Below, in pieces: positions 56,873 through 64,000 of a stretch of DNA of 64,000 bases. Source of the stretch: a virus (taxonomy: Duplodnaviria > Caudoviricetes); the IMG/VR virus record IMGVR_UViG_3300037781_000042, positions 128,001-192,000 of that record, one strand, 5' to 3'. The notes beneath the pieces were generated by a model. The model saw only the letters and a list, made by a program, of their open reading frames with translations, had not been told where the DNA came from and searched no databases. Position 1 is the first letter of the stretch. Every line of letters starts with the position of its first letter. The position numbers and the translations under genes are program-made.

Positions 56873-57080
56873 AATATTGTATATTTGCATACTCTTTAAA
56901 TTTCTTTTCTAATTCAGGATCATCAAACTTTATACTTATCATAGTATCTGGATGAACGCATTTCCCATGACCATTTTTTCCTGTCAGTAGGTTTAAAGAT
57001 CCGGTTTTTTCGAATTTAATTGATTGTGAATTGTTCCCGTACGGTCCAATATTTCTAAATTCAAGTTCTTCTATTTGCAT
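56871..57080 (-). CDS. gp46: N-terminal fragment of gp46/SbcC/Rad50 ATPase fused to a split-intein N-fragment
   Basis: MQIEELEFRNIGPYGN...LNLLTGKNGHGK is a Rad50 N-terminus ending in Walker A; directly follows gp47; continues CVHPDT then stops. Confidence 0.88.
   Translation of the reverse strand: MQIEELEFRNIGPYGNNSQSIKFEKTGSLNLLTGKNGHGKCVHPDTMISIKFDDPELEKKFKEYANIQY
56874..56960 (-). mobile_element. split intein N-fragment (29 aa)
   Basis: CVHPDTMISIKFDDPELEKKFKEYANIQY: intein block A C-x-x-x-D-T placed where the Walker A S/T is expected. Confidence 0.82.
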
Positions 57081-57081
57081 A

Positions 57082-58152
57082 TTATCCTTCTAATTTTTTC
57101 ATCTCTATTTCAATATAATCTACTAATTTTTCTATTAAAGAATCTTTATATCCTTTTTTAGACAGGTATTCTTTAACTAATTCTCTATTATTCTGTTCTT
57201 TCATTTTAGAAATATCTACATCTATATCTATAGAATCTGGAGTTAAAGATTTATCTATAAATTTAATTTTAGTATCTCTACTTTGTGTATTAGATAACAT
57301 ATCCATAAAATTATCTAATTCTTTCGTATCTTTAATTTCAGAACTTACATTTACATCTACAAAATTATTTTTAATTATTTTTTTAATTTCATCTTCTTCT
57401 TTTCCTAATAAAGAATCATAATTAATAGATAAATGTTTAGGAGAAAAAGTGTTTATTATTTGAATTTCTTTTCCAGTTTTAATATCAAATCCCCAAATAG
57501 ATTTTTGATTTCCTCTATCATTTCTAGTAATTTCATAAGGTGAACCATTAAATCTAACATTCTTTATTTTTTGAGAAGTATGAATATGTCCTGTATAAAC
57601 TTGTCCAAAATCAGCATAAGATTCTGGTTTATTTCCATGCTCTACTCTTCGGGTTCCTGAATACAAAGCTCCTATAACTGAAGTATGTGCTAAAAGATAA
57701 TCTGAATCTTTAATTCCTTTTAAGGTTTCTTTTTCGTGTTTTGAACTAAGTTGCCATGGAAGTAGGGCTATATCTTTATCATGAATTCTTAACACTTCTT
57801 CTTCATTTACTATAAGATGAACATTTTTTATTCCTTCTAAAATAACTAAAGAATTAATTTCATTAGTATCTTTTCTGTAAGTATCATGGTTTCCACAAAT
57901 GACATAAACTCCTTCTGGAAATAAAGCTGCTAAATCTTTAAAAAGATGTTTAGCAAAACACATAACAGAAATATTAATAGCATTTCTACTATCAAACACA
58001 TCTCCCATGTGAACTAAAATATCAGTAGGTCCTTTTCTTTTTGATACTTCTGGAATAAAAAAATCATAATAATAAGATCTAGCTATTTCTAACCATTCTT
58101 CAGAATTATTCTTTACTCCAAAGTGAGAATCTGTTGTCATCCAAAGTTTCAT
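57082..58152 (-). CDS. gp47: recombination nuclease gp47 / SbcD / Mre11
   Basis: TTDSHFG, HMGDVFD, CGNHD, LAHT, YTGHIH, GSPYE metallophosphoesterase motifs. Confidence 0.92.
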   Translation of the reverse strand: MKLWMTTDSHFGVKNNSEEWLEIARSYYYDFFIPEVSKRKGPTDILVHMGDVFDSRNAINISVMCFAKHLFKDLAALFPEGVYVICGNHDTYRKDTNEINSLVILEGIKNVHLIVNEEEVLRIHDKDIALLPWQLSSKHEKETLKGIKDSDYLLAHTSVIGALYSGTRRVEHGNKPESYADFGQVYTGHIHTSQKIKNVRFNGSPYEITRNDRGNQKSIWGFDIKTGKEIQIINTFSPKHLSINYDSLLGKEEDEIKKIIKNNFVDVNVSSEIKDTKELDNFMDMLSNTQSRDTKIKFIDKSLTPDSIDIDVDISKMKEQNNRELVKEYLSKKGYKDSLIEKLVDYIEIEMKKLEG

Positions 58153-58156
58153 AAAT

Positions 58157-58738
58157 TTAATCTGATAGTGGAATTAAAAAATGAAACAATCCAACTACTA
58201 AAAACCCTTCAGAATGCATTTTTTCTTTACTAGGAAACCAAGTTGAAACAGTTCTTAAAGACAGTTTATCTACTTTATGTAAAATATCATAATACCATTT
58301 ACCGTCTTTAGAAAAAGAAAAAGTATGTATTTTTCTTTCATTTGAAAGATTATCATAAACATAAACTTTGCGATCGTAAACAACTACAAAACACTTTTCA
58401 TTTAATTCATCAAAAATATTAATATAGTAATCAATAATATTATCATTTGGAATTTCATAGTTTATAAAATATCCTTCATCAAAGGAGGATAAACCTATTT
58501 TAAAAGAAGAAGGAACTTTTAGTAATAAATTTTCATTTCTTATAGAATGACTAATACACATTCTAAGATCACTAATAAATTTATCAGTGAATGTAGAAGA
58601 CGGGTTTTCTTCATTAATTATCATTTGAGATAGTATGTCATCAGTTCTTAAAGGATATTCTATACTTTCCTTAAAAGATTTCCATAAAGTTTCTTCATTT
58701 TGATATACATCAAATTCTTTATTTGATTCTTTTTCCAT
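58157..58738 (-). CDS. hypothetical protein
   Basis: 193-aa ORF within the minus-strand run. Confidence 0.55.
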   Translation of the reverse strand: MEKESNKEFDVYQNEETLWKSFKESIEYPLRTDDILSQMIINEENPSSTFTDKFISDLRMCISHSIRNENLLLKVPSSFKIGLSSFDEGYFINYEIPNDNIIDYYINIFDELNEKCFVVVYDRKVYVYDNLSNERKIHTFSFSKDGKWYYDILHKVDKLSLRTVSTWFPSKEKMHSEGFLVVGLFHFLIPLSD

Positions 58739-58772
58739 ATTTTTATTTATAATTTTTTAGTTTATTTTAATT

Positions 58773-60269
58773 TTAATAACAAGCAGTATAAAATATAGGA
58801 AGACCTTTCCCATTTTTAAAATTTTCAATAGCCATTTTTATTTCTTCGATGTCACCTATTCTTGTATTAGCAACATCTTTAATAGTAATTTCTTTACTTG
58901 TATCCAAATTTGGATATTGTCTAGAAAAATCAGTATGATATAATTGCGCATCTAATATGAATTTATTAATATCTTTTGTTAATTGTACTAGAGCAGGAAA
59001 ATATTCGCTAATTGATGTTGCAACTGGAACAGCTCCTTGAGGACCATACATTTGTTTACCCCAATCTTTTAAAATATCTATCTTATAAGGATATTTTTGT
59101 TGATTGTTTTTATTTTTAAAAAACGATTTAATTTTTTTATTAAACTCTTTTTCTTCGACAGAAACATACTTAAGTATAATTTCTAACACTTCACTTAAAT
59201 ATTGAACATAATCCTTAAGTTCATCAATTTGTTCTGCTAATAGGTCGTATTCTACAACTTGTTCTCCATATTCTGAATTTATTTTACCTTTAAGCCATTG
59301 ATAAGCATCTTTATCCCATTCTTTTAATTCCCTTCTAATAAATTGTCTTTCTTCTTCCGATAATAATTTAATAAAATATTTGTTAAAAGCTTCTTCTCTA
59401 CTAGAATTAATTTCTTCTTCCGAAACTTCATTAGGAAATCCTTTAAATGAAACAAGTTTATTTCCATTTAAGAGTTTAGCAGATTCTGGAAGATAATCTT
59501 GATTCTGAAAACAATTATCTAGATGTTGTTCATAATCTTTGTCTGAACCTCCGTAAGATCCACACATTTGATAACCTGCTATAGGGTGACCGCCAAATCT
59601 TTGAAAACCAGGCACATTCTCCGGTATTCCCTTTAAACAAAAAATTCTATTCGCATGGACATTATATTTACCCGTAACTATTTTAGGACCATTAGTAAGA
59701 GTTAGTAATAAATTATGATGAGCTAAAAAATCTCCTTCTATAATAAGAGGACAATTTTTTAAATAAACAATATCATTTCTAGAAATATTAAACTCCCCAA
59801 TAACAATTTGATTTTTCCATTTTTCTGGAATTTCAGTTAAATGCGATCCAGACAAATCAACATCACCAAAATGTAATTCATATCCTTGTTGAATATATGA
59901 ACTATATTTTTCATAAAAATATACAGTATCTTGTGTGTCTTTAGCTTCTGCTTCTGCTCCTACACTTCCTCCTTCAATCATAGGTTCTACATATTCCATA
60001 GATCCGTTAATTTCAGAATTTTTAAAAGAAAATAAATTAAATTTGGTACATTTTTTTATTTTTTCAAGTATTTCTTTTTGATTAGAAATACCAAATTCAT
60101 CTCCATTATAAAACTCTATATTAAATATAGATTTTCCGGAAGTTCTTGCAGCTCCTACAAATTTTACTATTAATCTATTTTCTGACGATTCACCAAATAA
60201 TAATATAAACTTTTCTCCTATTCGAGAATCTTCTATTCTTTTATCGTCTAATTGTACTTTAATAATCAT
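58773..60269 (-). CDS. LRR protein family C
   Basis: VDLSGSHLTEIPEKWKN...GEFNISRNDIVYLKNCP...GDFLAHHNLLLTLTNGP; WDKDAY cap. Confidence 0.8.
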   Translation of the reverse strand: MIIKVQLDDKRIEDSRIGEKFILLFGESSENRLIVKFVGAARTSGKSIFNIEFYNGDEFGISNQKEILEKIKKCTKFNLFSFKNSEINGSMEYVEPMIEGGSVGAEAEAKDTQDTVYFYEKYSSYIQQGYELHFGDVDLSGSHLTEIPEKWKNQIVIGEFNISRNDIVYLKNCPLIIEGDFLAHHNLLLTLTNGPKIVTGKYNVHANRIFCLKGIPENVPGFQRFGGHPIAGYQMCGSYGGSDKDYEQHLDNCFQNQDYLPESAKLLNGNKLVSFKGFPNEVSEEEINSSREEAFNKYFIKLLSEEERQFIRRELKEWDKDAYQWLKGKINSEYGEQVVEYDLLAEQIDELKDYVQYLSEVLEIILKYVSVEEKEFNKKIKSFFKNKNNQQKYPYKIDILKDWGKQMYGPQGAVPVATSISEYFPALVQLTKDINKFILDAQLYHTDFSRQYPNLDTSKEITIKDVANTRIGDIEEIKMAIENFKNGKGLPIFYTACY

Positions 60270-60300
60270 ATCCTTTTTATTTTTAATTTAAAATTTCTTA

Positions 60301-61335
60301 TTATCCCCAGTTACCAAGCATTAGTTCACCATATTTTTCAAAAAACTTAATATGTTTTTTTATCTCATTAAAAGTCCCTACCTGTAAATTAAGAACGTCT
60401 ATTAGTTCAACTAATTTTCCAGTATTTAATTCTGGGTAAAGATTCATAAAAACTTGTAATTTATTACTATCAATTTTTTTAAGAAGATTGTTTATTTTAT
60501 TTACTACAATAACTTCTTCTGGAAATTCTTTTTCATTTGGTAAAAGAGGAACGATTTTACTTTGATTTGCCATAGTTACATTAAAAGTCTTTTTTCCGCC
60601 AAAAGGAAAATCGTTTTTATTTTGTATGGGAGCAGTTTTATTAAATATTTCTTGTAATCTTTTTTCTAAAGAATCTTCTTCTAAAGTTTCTTCATGTTTT
60701 TTAATTCTGTCAGAAAGATCAAAATGAAAATATCTAGTTAACTCTAAAATTCTTTTTTGTTCGTCCTTAGGAAGAGTTTTAAAACTATTATATGCTGTTT
60801 CAAATGAATGTCGAATTAATTCATTTCTTTCGTCCCCAGCAATAGAAGTACGTAACCTAATATCATTTCCCGCAGATGTACTATAACTTATTCCTAATAC
60901 TTTATTATTGAAATTATTTATCCAATCGGTTCCAATATGCTCTTTTTGCCATTCTCTTACATATTCCTCTGAACATGGACTCTGCGGTCCCATTTCAAAA
61001 GGATTATCATAAAAATGTAAATTCTGCCCTATTATACCCATTCCATAATTCGTAACTAAATTATTAGCGCCACACCAATAATCAGTACCAACTATAATAG
61101 GTCCATTTTCTAAAGTAATTAAAAAATTATGATTAACATGAAAACTACCTAAAACGTATTTTGGACAATTATTAAGATTTTTTAAATAATTAAAAGACAC
61201 GTCAAAATTTCCTATAATTAAAGCATCTTTATATTGTTCTGGTATTTCTGTTAATTTTTGTCTGCTTAAATCAACATTACCATTAACAATTTTAATATTT
61301 TCTTCTGGAGATATTTGAAATCTTTTTTCACTCAT
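60301..61335 (-). CDS. LRR protein family C
   Basis: VDLSRQKLTEIPEQYKD...GNFDVSFNYLKNLNNCP...HNFLITLENGP. Confidence 0.8.
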   Translation of the reverse strand: MSEKRFQISPEENIKIVNGNVDLSRQKLTEIPEQYKDALIIGNFDVSFNYLKNLNNCPKYVLGSFHVNHNFLITLENGPIIVGTDYWCGANNLVTNYGMGIIGQNLHFYDNPFEMGPQSPCSEEYVREWQKEHIGTDWINNFNNKVLGISYSTSAGNDIRLRTSIAGDERNELIRHSFETAYNSFKTLPKDEQKRILELTRYFHFDLSDRIKKHEETLEEDSLEKRLQEIFNKTAPIQNKNDFPFGGKKTFNVTMANQSKIVPLLPNEKEFPEEVIVVNKINNLLKKIDSNKLQVFMNLYPELNTGKLVELIDVLNLQVGTFNEIKKHIKFFEKYGELMLGNWG

Positions 61336-61360
61336 AAAGGACCTCTTTTTCTTTATTTTT

Positions 61361-62296
61361 TTATTTATTTTTTAATTCTTGTAATAAATTATCGAAAAAA
61401 TTAATATTAAAATGATTCTCTAAATTTTGATAATATATTGGAGGAACGCTATTATAATTAAAAATTTTTCCGTTTTCTCTTTTAAGAAAATAAAGATCAT
61501 ATTGATAACTTTGAACATTACGACAGTTTTTACGCATACATTGATCAAATTCTTCGTCAGAAAGTTCCATTAATTTATCATTTAGAACTTGAATAGAATT
61601 TTCATCACCAGAAATTTTTAATGGAGCGTTTTTTCCATCCCATATAAAAAAATATAACTCTTCTTTAGGAATATTAATATTCCAATATTTGTCATAATAT
61701 TCATCGAATATTTTAAACGCTAAAGGATCCCAGTTTTCTAATAATTCTAAAATATAAGCTGTATTATTCATTGTTTGACGGAATAGATTTCTAATGGCGT
61801 TGTGATATTCAATTCCCGTTACATACTTAATACCTGAATGAGTATTTTTCAATGACAGTAAAGTATTACCAAAATTATAAGCTGCATTACCAACACTTTT
61901 TACATATTGTTTTTGTCTTCTGATAGTAAAATCATCAAATTGTTCTTTTGTTCTTTTTTCTGTATCAAAAATGGGATCATCAAAGCAACCGGTTAGACCG
62001 TGTCCAGTAAAACCGAATTCTCTATCAGGCCTATCTATTCCATAAAAAAGTAGAATATTATTACTACTTGCTAAGTAATCACCCTTAACTATTCTCGGCC
62101 CGTCCTCACAGGTCAATAACATATTATGTGAGCAATTAAAATTTCCATTAATCAATTTTGGACTATTTTTAAGACTTTTAATTTCATTTTTAGAAATATT
62201 AAAATCTCCATCAATAATAGAATCTTTATATTTTTCAGGTATTTCAGTCAATCGTTGTCTACTTAAATCTACACTGGCAAATCTTTTTTCTTTCAT
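61361..62296 (-). CDS. LRR protein family C
   Basis: VDLSRQRLTEIPEKYKD...GDFNISKNEIKSLKNSP...HNMLLTCEDGP; WDPLAF. Confidence 0.8.
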   Translation of the reverse strand: MKEKRFASVDLSRQRLTEIPEKYKDSIIDGDFNISKNEIKSLKNSPKLINGNFNCSHNMLLTCEDGPRIVKGDYLASSNNILLFYGIDRPDREFGFTGHGLTGCFDDPIFDTEKRTKEQFDDFTIRRQKQYVKSVGNAAYNFGNTLLSLKNTHSGIKYVTGIEYHNAIRNLFRQTMNNTAYILELLENWDPLAFKIFDEYYDKYWNINIPKEELYFFIWDGKNAPLKISGDENSIQVLNDKLMELSDEEFDQCMRKNCRNVQSYQYDLYFLKRENGKIFNYNSVPPIYYQNLENHFNINFFDNLLQELKNK

Positions 62297-62315
62297 ATTT
62301 AATCTTCTTTATTTT

Positions 62316-62648
62316 TTAGTTTAAAAATTTAACAAATTGTTCTAAAGGATTAAAAAATTTTTCTACTCCATAATAATGAAATAAAATTCCTTCTTCTGTT
62401 TCATAACATTTAAAAATTGCTAAAACTTTAAAATTTTTACATTCTTCTAATAAATCATCTAATGTTTTAAAAGTTTTCTTTTCTATATCTTCTTCTGAAA
62501 TTATAAAATTAGTAACTAAAAATTCTTCACTTTTTCTTTTAGTATAAATAGATAATCTACAAGGAATTTTTTCATCACTCATATTTTTAGTAGGGACTTT
62601 TAATTCCTTTTCTAATAAGGTACATATTTTAAATGTTATATTAATCAT
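62316..62648 (-). CDS. hypothetical protein
   Basis: First gene after the AAACTAT-N15-TATAAT motif. Confidence 0.55.
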   Translation of the reverse strand: MINITFKICTLLEKELKVPTKNMSDEKIPCRLSIYTKRKSEEFLVTNFIISEEDIEKKTFKTLDDLLEECKNFKVLAIFKCYETEEGILFHYYGVEKFFNPLEQFVKFLN

Positions 62649-62652
62649 AATA

Positions 62653-62680
62653 ATTATACTTTAAAAATGACATATAGTTT
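62653..62680 (-). promoter_or_regulatory. candidate AAACT(A)T-N15-TATAAT promoter
   Basis: AAACTAT ATGTCATTTTTAAAG TATAAT, one mismatch to the other three copies. Confidence 0.6.
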
Positions 62681-62687
62681 TAATTTT

Positions 62688-63146
62688 TTAAAACAATCTT
62701 GTAGAATCTTCTCGTTTCTTTAATTTTGAATAGTCTTTGATTTCTTTCAAAGCAGTATCTTTATAATCTACAGGAAGATTTTCATATATTACGGTTTCTT
62801 TTACATCATTAAGTAAATCACAAATTACAAAAAATCTTTCTGCAAAAGTATAAGTAGTATATTCGTCTAAGAAAGGAAGAATATATTCTAATACTTCTGG
62901 AACTGCTCTTTTAATTAATTTCTTATTTGTAAGTATTTTTTCAAAAGGAGATCCTTCTACATACTTATACAATTCAGCACTTAATTTTTTGATTCGATGA
63001 TCTACGTCAGAATTATATTCTTGATTAAGAAACGTTTTCTTATATTTTTCATTTAATACAATTTCTTCAGTTGAAAAATCATCAAGATTTCCAGTGTTGT
63101 AATTGTTATCAAATACTTTATCTCTATCTCTTTTTCTTGCTGCCAT
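62688..63146 (-). CDS. hypothetical protein, possibly a gp33-like late transcription coactivator
   Basis: C-terminal helical pattern FVICDLLNDVKETVIYENLPVDYKDTALKEIKDYSKL and a terminal TRLF; adjacent to the helicase. Confidence 0.3.
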   Translation of the reverse strand: MAARKRDRDKVFDNNYNTGNLDDFSTEEIVLNEKYKKTFLNQEYNSDVDHRIKKLSAELYKYVEGSPFEKILTNKKLIKRAVPEVLEYILPFLDEYTTYTFAERFFVICDLLNDVKETVIYENLPVDYKDTALKEIKDYSKLKKREDSTRLF

Positions 63147-63158
63147 AATTTTTTCTTT

Positions 63159-64000
63159 TTAATATGTTATCATTTCTTGTGAAGTGTCTTGAGATATTCT
63201 CATATAGTCATAATCAATGTCAAATACTTGAGAACAATTCTTATATCCCGAAGATCTATTTTTAACTATCTTAATATTGTACTTTCTATTAGCATACATT
63301 ATTGCATCTTGCATTATACCAAATCCTAAATCAATTGTATGTCCTAGAGCCGATGATTCTCCCATATCCTCTAATCTTAAGTCAGTAGACCCATAAGCAT
63401 TTATCTTTGCTTGAGTAACAGTAATAACTCCCCAATGATTGTTTTTAGCCATTCCTCTTAAATCTTCTGCTACTTGTTTTATTTTCATATAAGTATTTTC
63501 TGAATTAGGATTTCTCCAATTAGACATAATATTAATATAATCAACTAAAATAACATCTAATTTAAGATTATGAGTTTTTTCTATTTTATCTACTAAATAA
63601 GATTGTAACCCAGGAACAGTTAGTCCATTAGTTGGAAAATCTTCTATAAATAGTTTTCCTAATTTAGCTCCACCTATTAAAGATTCTGTCTCTTTTCCTT
63701 TTTTATATTTTGCTATAGTTTCTTTTGCAAAAATAGGATCGTTCATTTTTTCAAAATAGTGTCCCATTTTTACATTAAACATATTTGATCCAATTCTTTC
63801 TAGAACTTCATGTTTTGGCATCTCACAAGAAATATAACAAACGTTATGTCCTTGATCAACTAACCATCTAGCAAAAGCACTTAACCAAATAGATTTACCA
63901 ATATTAGATTCTCCTACTCCACACCATACAGTACCGGGAGTAATTCCACCTCTTGAAATTTTATCCCAAAATTCAACACCAAAACTTTTCTTTTCTTCTA
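63159..64000 (-). CDS. gp41: replicative DnaB-like helicase (5' truncated by the window edge)
   Basis: Frame is open to the window end: Walker A GESNIGKS, YISCEM, ILVDYIN, VAEDLRGMA, VTQ, KNR motifs. Confidence 0.92.
   Translation of the reverse strand, partial: EEKKSFGVEFWDKISRGGITPGTVWCGVGESNIGKSIWLSAFARWLVDQGHNVCYISCEMPKHEVLERIGSNMFNVKMGHYFEKMNDPIFAKETIAKYKKGKETESLIGGAKLGKLFIEDFPTNGLTVPGLQSYLVDKIEKTHNLKLDVILVDYINIMSNWRNPNSENTYMKIKQVAEDLRGMAKNNHWGVITVTQAKINAYGSTDLRLEDMGESSALGHTIDLGFGIMQDAIMYANRKYNIKIVKNRSSGYKNCSQVFDIDYDYMRISQDTSQEMITY

Noticed and set aside
1-64000. Alternative genetic code (TAG or TGA reassignment, as in some large phages)
   Set aside because: Long genes such as both sheaths are intact in the standard code, coding density is high, and TAG/TGA act as ordinary stops next to new starts or promoters
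63159-64000. Intein in the gp41 helicase
   Set aside because: The visible part reads continuously through Walker A (GESNIGKS) to the C-terminus with no intein motif
1-64000. tRNA, rRNA or structured ncRNA genes
   Set aside because: Intergenic gaps are short and contain only terminator-like hairpins; no cloverleaf or T-loop motif seen by eye (tRNAscan-SE/Infernal not run)
1-64000. Host assignment
   Set aside because: Signals conflict: SD motifs argue against a typical Bacteroidota host, while the spanin-like protein suggests a diderm; no canonical TAnnTTTG or TTGACA promoters were noticed

Overview
64 kb AT-rich segment of a large contractile-tailed dsDNA bacteriophage (T4-like/jumbo myovirus organisation), read in the standard genetic code. 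It holds tail and baseplate genes (two tail-sheath paralogues, tube-like proteins, gp5-, gp25-, gp26-, gp51-, gp53- and gp27-like), replication/recombination genes (RNase H, gp47, a fractured gp46, partial gp41 helicase), a GH19 lysozyme, a pyrimidine-dimer glycosylase-like protein and a GT2-TPR-GT25 glycosyltransferase. Three signals stand out. (1) About 20 otherwise unrelated ORFs begin with a leader resembling the T4 capsid-targeting sequence MKTYQEFIAE and usually ending in an (L/I/F)-N-E prohead-protease-type site, suggesting a large packaged and injected cargo set. (2) Thirteen LRR proteins in three families occupy about 17 kb; one family occurs both with and without the leader. (3) The gp46/Rad50 gene stops inside its Walker A motif and ends in a 29-aa intein N-fragment, i.e. 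an atypically split intein whose partner is outside the window. Two candidate promoter classes and a T4-style hairpin enclosing a late promoter are also visible. No tRNA, rRNA, CRISPR array or reverse transcriptase was seen. All family assignments are from motif recognition by eye; no searches were run.
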